This document shows, one piece after another, positions 29,032 to 37,225 of a DNA stretch of 64,000 bases. Under the pieces are notes generated by a model, which saw only the letters and a list, made by a program, of their open reading frames with translations, did not search any database and was not told the DNA's origin. The stretch covers positions 1-64,000 of IMG/VR virus record IMGVR_UViG_3300010224_000001; one strand, 5' to 3'. Numbering within the stretch: position 1 is the stretch's first letter; each line of letters starts with the position of its first letter. The position numbers and the translations under genes are program-made. The DNA comes from a virus.

Positions 29032-30687
29032 CTAGAATGACCGTGTGGCCAATGCGATGATTAATTGTGCTAACCGATTACGAATGTCTGCAGGCACGGA
29101 ATAGCGACGACCACCCTGATGACCAGGGATAGCTTGTGCCATTTGTGCAGGAAGCGTCAGCACCCAGTTGTACTTGATAAGCATTTGCCAAAGTTCGTCG
29201 ATAGCATCGACGGCTTCGCACGGCTTCTTACTTGGCCGTTGGTTTTCATATTGCTGTTGCTTACCCGATGGACGCGGGACATGCGGGAACAATTCGATCA
29301 GTTTTTCTCGATTCTCTTTGGTCAAAGCCAGTGGCGATTCAAACGCACCACCTTGAGCAACATCTCGATTTTCCATGACGTTAGCAGATAGCAAAGCTGC
29401 TAAATCATAGTAACCACGATGCCACAATGCTGTAGTTGCCGCTGCCATCAGCGAGAGGATTTGTTCTTTCTCCAAATACTCTACACCGCGGGGCGGGAAC
29501 ACGCATTCCATATCGAACTCAGTGCTATCGAGTTCTTTGGGATTACCTTGCACTTCTTTTGCGACCACCCATTGCAGCAGTACAATTTGTGGATCACGCA
29601 GAATCGAATTACGCAGACGTTGCACTGACGTCATTGTGGTTTGCAGCAGTTGTGGTAAATGTTCACCACTGAGCAGATACGAGATGTGCTCAACGTTACG
29701 GCAGTATTCATTCAGCATCACCACATCACCCGAAGTAATGGGTTCTTTGATCTTGATCAACTCAAGATTCGATGCTTTATTATCACGATCGTTATCGCGA
29801 GTGTTACCTTCAGGATTTTTATCCTTAATGGTTTCACTCACAGTCTTATCGTACTGCCGCATCAGTTGTGTGATAAATCCCCAGATCGATGCGACCAGAG
29901 AGAATTTATTGTTGCGTCCATTCACCGTTACCAGCGACAGACGGCGCACAACTACGTTACCTGTGATCCACGGTACGAAGTCTTCAGAACTCACATACCC
30001 GGCCACCACACCACGGTCCAGCCGATCCGATGGAATGTAATGATTGATATACGCCAGCAGGCGTTTATAATCATCCAGCTTTTCGATCGTGGATTTAGTC
30101 AAGAGCCGCAGCGAATACAGTTCCTTCAGATTGTTGTCGACAGTACGTTTTGCAACGTCCATGAAACGACCCCAGACTGGGAACATACAACGCAACGTCA
30201 CTACGAGGAAGATCAAACCCCAATAATCTTCTTCGAGATAAGTCGACTCACGCGGCCATTCCCGACTCCCGTACTGCTCGCTCGCTTTCATATTGTCTTC
30301 CATCGTCGGATATACCTTGGCGTCGGAAGGAATACGAATGTCGCTCTTCATCTTGACCCAATACGCCACGTCCTTATGCGAATGATAGCTTAACAGCTTC
30401 TCTATCAAAGGACGCAGGCTATAGATCAGATCTTCAAAACTCATGCTGTCTTCAAACGTCTGATTAATCTCCTTGTAAATAGCAAAGATTTCATCTTGTT
30501 TTTGACGCGGTAAATACTCCCAATAACGATTGATTTCATTAAAGAGATCGGCATCGCGAATACCGATTTCACCGTACCCTAGATTTGCAGGCGTTTGTCG
30601 ATTAATTTCAAAGGACTTGATGTCCCAAAGTAATTGTTCGTTGTTATGGGATAAAACGGCGTTCGAATCTTTTATCGATAGCCTCAC
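29032..30687 (-). CDS. Non-virion RNA polymerase promoter-specificity subunit (phiKZ gp68-like)
   Basis: LSHNNEQLLW and LFNEINRYWEYL...QDEIFAIYKEI resemble the recalled gp68 N-terminus; GTG start with AGGAG RBS. Confidence 0.82.
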   Translation of the reverse strand: MRLSIKDSNAVLSHNNEQLLWDIKSFEINRQTPANLGYGEIGIRDADLFNEINRYWEYLPRQKQDEIFAIYKEINQTFEDSMSFEDLIYSLRPLIEKLLSYHSHKDVAYWVKMKSDIRIPSDAKVYPTMEDNMKASEQYGSREWPRESTYLEEDYWGLIFLVVTLRCMFPVWGRFMDVAKRTVDNNLKELYSLRLLTKSTIEKLDDYKRLLAYINHYIPSDRLDRGVVAGYVSSEDFVPWITGNVVVRRLSLVTVNGRNNKFSLVASIWGFITQLMRQYDKTVSETIKDKNPEGNTRDNDRDNKASNLELIKIKEPITSGDVVMLNEYCRNVEHISYLLSGEHLPQLLQTTMTSVQRLRNSILRDPQIVLLQWVVAKEVQGNPKELDSTEFDMECVFPPRGVEYLEKEQILSLMAAATTALWHRGYYDLAALLSANVMENRDVAQGGAFESPLALTKENREKLIELFPHVPRPSGKQQQYENQRPSKKPCEAVDAIDELWQMLIKYNWVLTLPAQMAQAIPGHQGGRRYSVPADIRNRLAQLIIALATRSF

Positions 30688-30740
30688 AAAGTTCTCCTTT
30701 TCTTGTTACAAAAAACTACACTTCGATACTGCTCCTACTG

Positions 30741-30763
30741 ATGATATATGTCTCAAGTTTTTT
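30741..30763 (-). promoter_or_regulatory. Early promoter candidate
   Basis: AAAAAACTTGAGACATATATCAT on the minus strand, upstream of the gp68-picA operon. Confidence 0.7.
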
Positions 30764-30780
30764 TAAATTTATCGAGAGGA

Positions 30781-30822
30781 CATAATGGGTGTAGAAGCGC
30801 GAACGCCTCTACACCCATTATG
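30781..30822. terminator. Hairpin downstream of chmC
   Basis: CATAATGGGTGTAGA...TCTACACCCATTATG. Confidence 0.75.
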
Positions 30823-30834
30823 GAAGATTAGTTA

Positions 30835-31677
30835 TTAATACGGAATTTCATCATCGTAGTCTTCAGTAGTCACTGCCGTGCGCGCCGCCGGTACCGGAGC
30901 AGAACCACCGCCCGAATTGCCACCGCCATTGCCGCCGTAGTTACCGCGGTTATTGTTACCGCCACCATTGTTGTTACGTTGGTAATTGTTACCGCCACCG
31001 CCGCCGCCGTTACCACCTTTCGCACCTTGCTGCCATTTCGGTGCCGGAGCAGGTTTGTACTTCTCAGGTTCCAGCAGTTTCAGGATTTGCGACAGCATGT
31101 CCATTTGGTAGATCTGCGACAGGATATCGTAGTACGCTTTCGCATACATCGTCGACACCTCAGCCTTGCTCAGAAGGTTACCTTCCTGATTACGGAATTG
31201 GAACTTCTGTGCATCGCGCGTTTCGAAATGGAACACAATGTTCGGACGCTTCGGTGCAGTCAGCAAGATGTACATAACGCCATCTGCGTCTTTACCGATA
31301 AACAGTTGCGCCTCAACGCGTGGCGTGTCTTGACGTTTACCGCCATAACCAAACCAGTTCAGACCTTCAACGACTTTCTTGACTTCGCCACGCGATTTCA
31401 GCACTTGGTCATAGATAGCCATGAATGCAAAGAACACCGGCATCGGCATACTAGTGGTAATACGACCGTTGTCGTTTTCTTTGTCTTGCGGATCATTCGT
31501 CCATACCGTTACACGCACGTTCGAACCAACCACATCAAAACCGAACGACGACCACGCACCTTGCACACCTTCAACAGCTGTGGAAAGCGAAAGTTTAGAC
31601 CAGTCGACGGGAGCCTTTGGACGCTTGTCTTCAGTCGCGCCGTTGTTACCGCCGCGGTTATTTGGATAATCAGCCAT
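30835..31677 (-). CDS. chmC: Nucleus-associated RNA-binding protein ChmC (phiKZ gp67-like)
   Basis: 280 aa; beta-rich (Whirly-like) core plus a G/N-rich disordered tail; directly upstream of the gp68 homolog as in other chimalliviruses. Confidence 0.75.
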   Translation of the reverse strand: MADYPNNRGGNNGATEDKRPKAPVDWSKLSLSTAVEGVQGAWSSFGFDVVGSNVRVTVWTNDPQDKENDNGRITTSMPMPVFFAFMAIYDQVLKSRGEVKKVVEGLNWFGYGGKRQDTPRVEAQLFIGKDADGVMYILLTAPKRPNIVFHFETRDAQKFQFRNQEGNLLSKAEVSTMYAKAYYDILSQIYQMDMLSQILKLLEPEKYKPAPAPKWQQGAKGGNGGGGGGNNYQRNNNGGGNNNRGNYGGNGGGNSGGGSAPVPAARTAVTTEDYDDEIPY

Positions 31678-31751
31678 TTTGTTTTCTTCCTTCCAGCGGA
31701 TGAAGTTTTATAGTGAAATTCTGACTCAATCTATATCAGTGCTAGGTATTT

Positions 31752-32615
31752 TTACACCAAGACAGATTGCATCAGGGTTTTATGAGCAGGATCTTTCAGT
31801 TCGTTAATTCCTGATTCAATCGTAGCTCTGGAGGTCACGCTACTCCAATGACGTCTAGTAGCGATCTCAATTATTGCTTTACGTAACGACACACTCATCG
31901 GTTTAAAGATCTCTGCATCGCCAAACACTTGGATCAAATCCTCACGGAAAGGAATCATTGCAAGTCCAGTTCCGCTGTGATATTTGGTATACCATTTAGA
32001 ACTCGACTTAAATGCACCGGTGTGGGATTCAAGCAAGGTCAAGCCACTGAAGTCTTTATGAGAAAGTAAGTCGTAAGCGTAGTGCGTAATGATTGCAGTA
32101 CGACCAGCACGACTTCCCTTCAAATGAAGATCAAACTCCATAAACCTATCCTTTTGGTGATGACGGAAAGCCGTCATCACCGCTTCTTGGAGTTCGTTAT
32201 AACGAGTTTGTTTGTCAGTAGGTGTTGATTCAGATCTCAGTAAAGCTTTTGGGTAATGTTTCGAAAGATCCTTGTACTTACTTAAGTAGTAAGTGACTCT
32301 GGGGGCTTTTCGATCCAAGTAGTGTCGAAGGACATCTGGAATGATTTCCATCTCTTCCAAAATACCATCGAACACTTCTTTTGGTGTGATTGTTTCAGAT
32401 AAGCCTTTGGGCAGGCTATTGAAGAAGTTCCTGAACAATGTACGTAAGTTGATCCATAAATCCGTATACTTCAGAATCGGTGGCTCGTGTGGTTGCGGAT
32501 AGATATCTGGATGGATACCCACCGCGCTTTCTAAAGCTAAGCTCGTAGCAATCGAAAGAGGAAATTGTCCTTTTACACGATGGGCTGGGTCGTCAAACTG
32601 TTCTAATTGATTCAT
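31752..32615 (-). CDS. Conserved core protein (phiKZ gp66-like), possibly a degenerate PIN/5'-nuclease fold
   Basis: SIATSLALE, LWINLRTLFRN, THYAYDLL, LLESHTG, WYTK. Confidence 0.6.
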   Translation of the reverse strand: MNQLEQFDDPAHRVKGQFPLSIATSLALESAVGIHPDIYPQPHEPPILKYTDLWINLRTLFRNFFNSLPKGLSETITPKEVFDGILEEMEIIPDVLRHYLDRKAPRVTYYLSKYKDLSKHYPKALLRSESTPTDKQTRYNELQEAVMTAFRHHQKDRFMEFDLHLKGSRAGRTAIITHYAYDLLSHKDFSGLTLLESHTGAFKSSSKWYTKYHSGTGLAMIPFREDLIQVFGDAEIFKPMSVSLRKAIIEIATRRHWSSVTSRATIESGINELKDPAHKTLMQSVLV

Positions 32616-33820
32616 GCGAATAATTCCTCAAATAGACTTTGCGCTTTATCCATCACAGCACCACTAGCGCCTTTTGCAGCCATTCGTTCTAACACGGTTG
32701 GTGCAAGATTACTTGGCGTAATAGCAGGCGGTATGTACAAATCATCCGTTTCAACCAGTTCTGAAACTTCTTCCTCATCTTTACTTTGTTGGGGATCTTT
32801 CGTCCAGCCAATCAAAGGATGCTCTAAAATCAGAACATTCAAATTAGTAAAGATAGGATTGTTAGACGCAGCCCGCACACGCACATAAGAATCATCAGGG
32901 ATGGTCTTAACAGCGGCTCGAATCTTAGCAAAGGTTTCTTCAAGAGGTAAGTCACCACAGTCCACCGTTAAGTAAACCATTGCGTTCTTATTCTCGACAA
33001 ACGTTACGTCCCAATCTCGCGGACCACGTTTGTAAGCGCGGATATGACCTTTGGGAGATTCATAACCATGACCTAAGCGATCAAACGAGCCATGCACGTA
33101 AATCCGATCATGTTCTTTGTGGGTATGATCATGACCGATAAAGATAAGTTCTTTGACTAATGCCAAGTACGCATCTTCATCATGTTTCGGTGCATTGACG
33201 TGCGCAGGTAACTGGAAACGAAATTGCCCGTGCATCACTGCAAAGTCAACTTGTTCCAAACCTTTTACTCGCATTAGGTCACGTGCATCTTGCAATGTCT
33301 TATCTGGACCACCTGGCAGGTCGTCTGGGACAAACAAGAAGTGAGCATCAAATTCTGGGAAATACTCGATCGACAGAGTATTAATGTAATGCAATTGAGC
33401 ACCAATCTGAGCAATCTCGTTAATCACAACGAAACGTTTAGATTGTTGCCAATCATGACTACTCGTACCTTCTAATACAAACAGATGAATGTTGTATTTC
33501 TTGCATAACCGCAGAAGATAAGTAATGAACATGTCTGCCACAATGGTGTCAGGATCATTGAGCATTAACAAATCGTCAAAGAAGTCTCCCGCAAGGATAA
33601 TGATATCCAGTGCTGCAGTCTCTGCATTTTCTGGAATCGCATCCATCAAATTACGGGAGATGTGTGCTGAAGGTGTACGTGAGTGACCGAAGTGTAAGTC
33701 ACTCATGGACAGAATGTTAAGAATCCCTGGCTTAGTGCGAGGGAAGGCCGCTTTGACTGCAGCGGCTGCAGGGTCAAGCATCGATGGGTTCGAATTCGTC
33801 GTTGTCAGCTGGTCGCTCAT
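32612..33820 (-). CDS. sbcD: SbcD/Mre11-like metallophosphoesterase nuclease
   Basis: SDLHFG, AGDFFD, GTSSHD, MHG, GHDH, GSFDR. Confidence 0.9.
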   Translation of the reverse strand: MSDQLTTTNSNPSMLDPAAAAVKAAFPRTKPGILNILSMSDLHFGHSRTPSAHISRNLMDAIPENAETAALDIIILAGDFFDDLLMLNDPDTIVADMFITYLLRLCKKYNIHLFVLEGTSSHDWQQSKRFVVINEIAQIGAQLHYINTLSIEYFPEFDAHFLFVPDDLPGGPDKTLQDARDLMRVKGLEQVDFAVMHGQFRFQLPAHVNAPKHDEDAYLALVKELIFIGHDHTHKEHDRIYVHGSFDRLGHGYESPKGHIRAYKRGPRDWDVTFVENKNAMVYLTVDCGDLPLEETFAKIRAAVKTIPDDSYVRVRAASNNPIFTNLNVLILEHPLIGWTKDPQQSKDEEEVSELVETDDLYIPPAITPSNLAPTVLERMAAKGASGAVMDKAQSLFEELFA

Positions 33821-34400
33821 TTTGGGCAGCTTGCGCAGTAGCTACTTGACCTGTTCCTGCAAACAGATTCTCAGGAATCAGAGGTCGGTTATAACGTTTG
33901 AAAATTTCATTCCAACGTTTGATGTAATCAGACTCGTCACGTTTACCATTGCTAATCAGATTAACGCGACGTTCCAGTTCGGTGTCCATGTAGTTTTGGA
34001 AAGCTACCGGACCTTGTTTAGCAATCATGTTAGCACGGGCCAACATATCAGAGATACTCGGCACGGTACGAGACGGATCTTTGCTATCGAAAGGTTTGAT
34101 GGCTTCCATATCAAACAACGGCGGCACACGATACAACTCAGCATTATTGTGGTCAACAATAACAACTTCCTTTTGCGCACCACCAGCTAAGCGACGCCAG
34201 GTGTCAACATTGGCACCATGATCAGCATACAGCTGTACTTCGTCACCTACAAACATCGGTAAGAATACTGCAACGAAACGTCGTTCTTCCATACGCACCA
34301 AATCTTGATCTTTCACATCGATAAGGACATTACCGATGTCAATGATTTCTTCAGTGAGTTTACGTTCAGTAAAAGAGATGTTTTGGTTTGAATTAGTCAT
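33774..34400 (-). CDS. Conserved core hypothetical protein
   Basis: 208 aa; motifs FLPMF, LYRVPPL and WNEIFKRY. Confidence 0.7.
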   Translation of the reverse strand: MTNSNQNISFTERKLTEEIIDIGNVLIDVKDQDLVRMEERRFVAVFLPMFVGDEVQLYADHGANVDTWRRLAGGAQKEVVIVDHNNAELYRVPPLFDMEAIKPFDSKDPSRTVPSISDMLARANMIAKQGPVAFQNYMDTELERRVNLISNGKRDESDYIKRWNEIFKRYNRPLIPENLFAGTGQVATAQAAQNERPADNDEFEPIDA

Positions 34401-34414
34401 GTTGATCTCGTGAA

Positions 34415-34828
34415 TTAACCGGAGCTTCCCGTATTATTAAGGTTCAGAATTTTTTCGAACTTTGAATCGACAAATGATGCTAAATAAGCCGCATCACGCT
34501 GTTGACCATCTTCAACGACAGAGATAGTTAAGCGTAATGTAACCTTGTTAGAGGGGTTGGTAGCAGTATCATCAGTCACCACAACGGTAGCGATCTGATA
34601 GTAACGGCCGAGGTAAGATTCCAACGAGCTACGCATGTCTTGCTTTAAGCTATCCATGTCGTGCATGTTACGCTGCAATATACCTTGGACGTTTGCAATA
34701 CGTCCTTTATAAAGGTTAGATTGATTTACATCAGAAGCATAGAACTGCGCTAACAGTAAATCAATCTTTTCATACGGTGAAGTAATCCAGCCTTTGGCTG
34801 ACAGACTCGGAACAGGAATAGTTGCCAT
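34415..34828 (-). CDS. Conserved core protein, gp25/GPW-like fold candidate
   Basis: Start MATIPVPSLSAKGW; SDVNQSNLY motif; alpha-alpha-beta-beta-beta pattern. Confidence 0.6.
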   Translation of the reverse strand: MATIPVPSLSAKGWITSPYEKIDLLLAQFYASDVNQSNLYKGRIANVQGILQRNMHDMDSLKQDMRSSLESYLGRYYQIATVVVTDDTATNPSNKVTLRLTISVVEDGQQRDAAYLASFVDSKFEKILNLNNTGSSG

Positions 34829-34887
34829 GACATTTTCTTCTAGAATGAACAAAAAAATAAAGCCACATAATCTGGCTTTTCTAGAAG

Positions 34888-34942
34888 ACGGCATAAAAAA
34901 ACATACCCAACACTCTTGGATTTCTCCTTAAGTGTTGGGTAG
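34888..34942 (-). terminator. Intrinsic terminator
   Basis: TACCCAACACT...AGTGTTGGGTA stem followed by T7 and ATGCCGTC. Confidence 0.8.
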
Positions 34943-34947
34943 TTCGA

Positions 34948-35586
34948 TTACAACATTCCGCCTGTTGCTGAGACTGGATCTTCCAAACCAGTGCCCATGA
35001 GATGCTCAACGCGCTCCCAGGTACTGAGAATAGCATCTTGTTTCACGATACCTAACGCGACATCGCCTTCCAAGATTTCTTCGTCCGTTTGGATCCAGTA
35101 TTTAAAGCTACCTTCCGGATCTTCCGCACTTGGAGGAACATCCACAATGACACCATTCATGACGCGATCGTAGTCGTAATGCCCACGACCAATGTCTTGC
35201 GGCCACATGTCGATATAGCTACCCGAATAACCATCACACATCTGTGCATGGAATTTCCCACGCACCATCGGATTAGCCATAATGAAACGTTGCATTTTTG
35301 CCTGTGCTTGTTGAATATGCGCAAGCTGATCCAAGTAGATAACACGATCTTCTTGGAAATGCGTCGTAACTTTTCGTAGTGCTGCTTGCGCCATTCGCAT
35401 TGCGGTTTCACTACTGAACCGCTCATACGACTGCATCGCCCGCTGTGCCCAATCTGATGCCGCATCACCGATGTAGTTTCTCAACGACATCACTTGGTTT
35501 TGCAGATACTGCACAGTGCTAGGATGACGCTCGCCTGACATGTGAGCCTTGAATGCATGACTACCTCCATGCACCACAGCTACCAT
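34948..35586 (-). CDS. Conserved nucleus-block protein (phiKZ gp59/Imp3 position)
   Basis: 212 aa, AAGGAG RBS; motifs MQRFIMANP, DGYS and YDYDRVMNG; follows nvRNAP beta' N-terminal subunit. Confidence 0.6.
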   Translation of the reverse strand: MVAVVHGGSHAFKAHMSGERHPSTVQYLQNQVMSLRNYIGDAASDWAQRAMQSYERFSSETAMRMAQAALRKVTTHFQEDRVIYLDQLAHIQQAQAKMQRFIMANPMVRGKFHAQMCDGYSGSYIDMWPQDIGRGHYDYDRVMNGVIVDVPPSAEDPEGSFKYWIQTDEEILEGDVALGIVKQDAILSTWERVEHLMGTGLEDPVSATGGML

Positions 35587-35617
35587 ACATTTCTCCTTTC
35601 CTACTTTTACTACTGTA

Positions 35618-37114
35618 TCACGCTTGCAACAACGCCTTCATCCGTTCGAACTTGACTGGGTCAACTGGGTCTGAATCGCCATGATCAATCCAATTGGCAA
35701 TCTGCGAGACGACTGGTTTTGGTTTTGCATTTGATCCAGACATCTTGCGTGGCTCAGACGGTTCGAGCATGCTCTTATGCGGAGCAAGCGGTTCGACTTC
35801 GTCAGCAGTCCAGTTGTCAATCAAGAGCGTACCATTCATCTCGTCGCCATCGAAGTCAGCATTGTACGATCGAACGGTCTGAATACTCATCGAGATCGTC
35901 GGATCATTCGTATCTGTCTTGACTTTGGTGATGAACACGCGCTGCATCGATCCGCGTTCCAGAGAAGGATTCCGCTGGAAGATAACGGGCAGACCCATGT
36001 AAGGGCTCTCAGCAATGAGTTCCTTAAACAGTTCATCGAGCAGTGGATGATAACGCTGGGCGTAATTGTTCAGCAGACGAATTACTCCGTTGGGCGTATA
36101 GCCACGTTTGAACAACTTGTTCGTCAAGTGCAACCGCAGCAAACCAATACCAACACCCCAAGAGACATGAAGTTCCTCTTGATGGTGATCTGCGGTGAGT
36201 GACGAAATCACAGACCGGAAACTAAAGAAGCAGCGCGTACCATACACGTGTTTGCGTAGGATACCTTCTTTCTTTGCCAGACTGTTGCGATAGAAATCTT
36301 GATAGTAAGCTGCAAGTTGAGCAATTGCACGCACCACACGATTCTCACGTGCACCAAGCGACAAGCCAAGGAGCGGATCATCCAGACCCATCATCGACTT
36401 AATTGCATTCACAGCACCATCAACGATCGGATCGCGGAAGGTAGACAAGTTGGTGTTTTCAATCACCAACAACGCACGATTCGGCAGAGGTAGGAAATCA
36501 ACAAAGATACAATCGTGGTATTCGATCAGAATCTGCTGAATCTTCTCCATTGGAGCATATTGACCTTTACCAGTACGCTTCTCCTTTCGAAAATCGCGAA
36601 TGGTCAACAACTTGTTAATGATGACATCGAATTCTTTAACGAAGTTGTTGTAACCACGCTTAATGTTGAGCGCTTTGACTTGCTCTAACACTTTGGGTGG
36701 TTTAGGTGGTGGTTGATATCCCGTATCGCACAGATACTGAATCACATTAAACTTGCCCTTCTTAAAGTGATTCGACAGCATCGTCCACACCATCGGGTTC
36801 ATGAGTTTAATCATACCCGTCGGTGTTTGCAACCAGATCAAGGACTGCAGATCTTGATCCAAAGAGCTTTCAACTACCGTGTTACATTCTGGACAAACAA
36901 TCCCTTTGTGGAATTCACCAACTAAGTGTCCACCTTCACATTGCGGAACGTTAGACAAAACATCGTTCGGCTTGTAACGTGTGAAGATCTTGTTGTCAAA
37001 TGCTGCTCGAGCTTCCCTACGATGGTTATTGAACTTATTGATGATAATTGGTTCTTGGCGACTTCCTTGATAGAAGCGTTTATCCAAGTTTTCCAAAACC
37101 ATGTGAGTACCGAT
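35618..37114 (-). CDS. Non-virion RNA polymerase beta' N-terminal catalytic subunit (phiKZ gp55-56.1-like), uninterrupted
   Basis: Zinc ribbon CEGGH...CPECNT, KKEGILRKHVYG, RNPSL, catalytic NADFDGD; start at ATG 37102 or more likely ATC 37114. Confidence 0.95.
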   Translation of the reverse strand: MGTHMVLENLDKRFYQGSRQEPIIINKFNNHRREARAAFDNKIFTRYKPNDVLSNVPQCEGGHLVGEFHKGIVCPECNTVVESSLDQDLQSLIWLQTPTGMIKLMNPMVWTMLSNHFKKGKFNVIQYLCDTGYQPPPKPPKVLEQVKALNIKRGYNNFVKEFDVIINKLLTIRDFRKEKRTGKGQYAPMEKIQQILIEYHDCIFVDFLPLPNRALLVIENTNLSTFRDPIVDGAVNAIKSMMGLDDPLLGLSLGARENRVVRAIAQLAAYYQDFYRNSLAKKEGILRKHVYGTRCFFSFRSVISSLTADHHQEELHVSWGVGIGLLRLHLTNKLFKRGYTPNGVIRLLNNYAQRYHPLLDELFKELIAESPYMGLPVIFQRNPSLERGSMQRVFITKVKTDTNDPTISMSIQTVRSYNADFDGDEMNGTLLIDNWTADEVEPLAPHKSMLEPSEPRKMSGSNAKPKPVVSQIANWIDHGDSDPVDPVKFERMKALLQA

Positions 37115-37167
37115 GGCAACCTCCGTTGGAACATTAAAACGTATTGGTTTTTCTTATCGTCAATAGG

Positions 37168-37202
37168 AAAAAAAAGTAGAGCCCCGAAGGACTCTACTTT
37201 TT
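37168..37202 (-). terminator. Intrinsic terminator of chmA
   Basis: GTAGAGTCC-TTCG-GGGCTCTAC followed by a T run. Confidence 0.88.
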
Positions 37203-37225
37203 AGACTCGTTTCCGAGTGGTTCGA

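Noticed and set aside
23022-37114. Group I introns or homing endonucleases in the nvRNAP genes, as in phiKZ
   Set aside because: Both genes are continuous ORFs with all motifs in frame; no HNH gene or intein motifs seen
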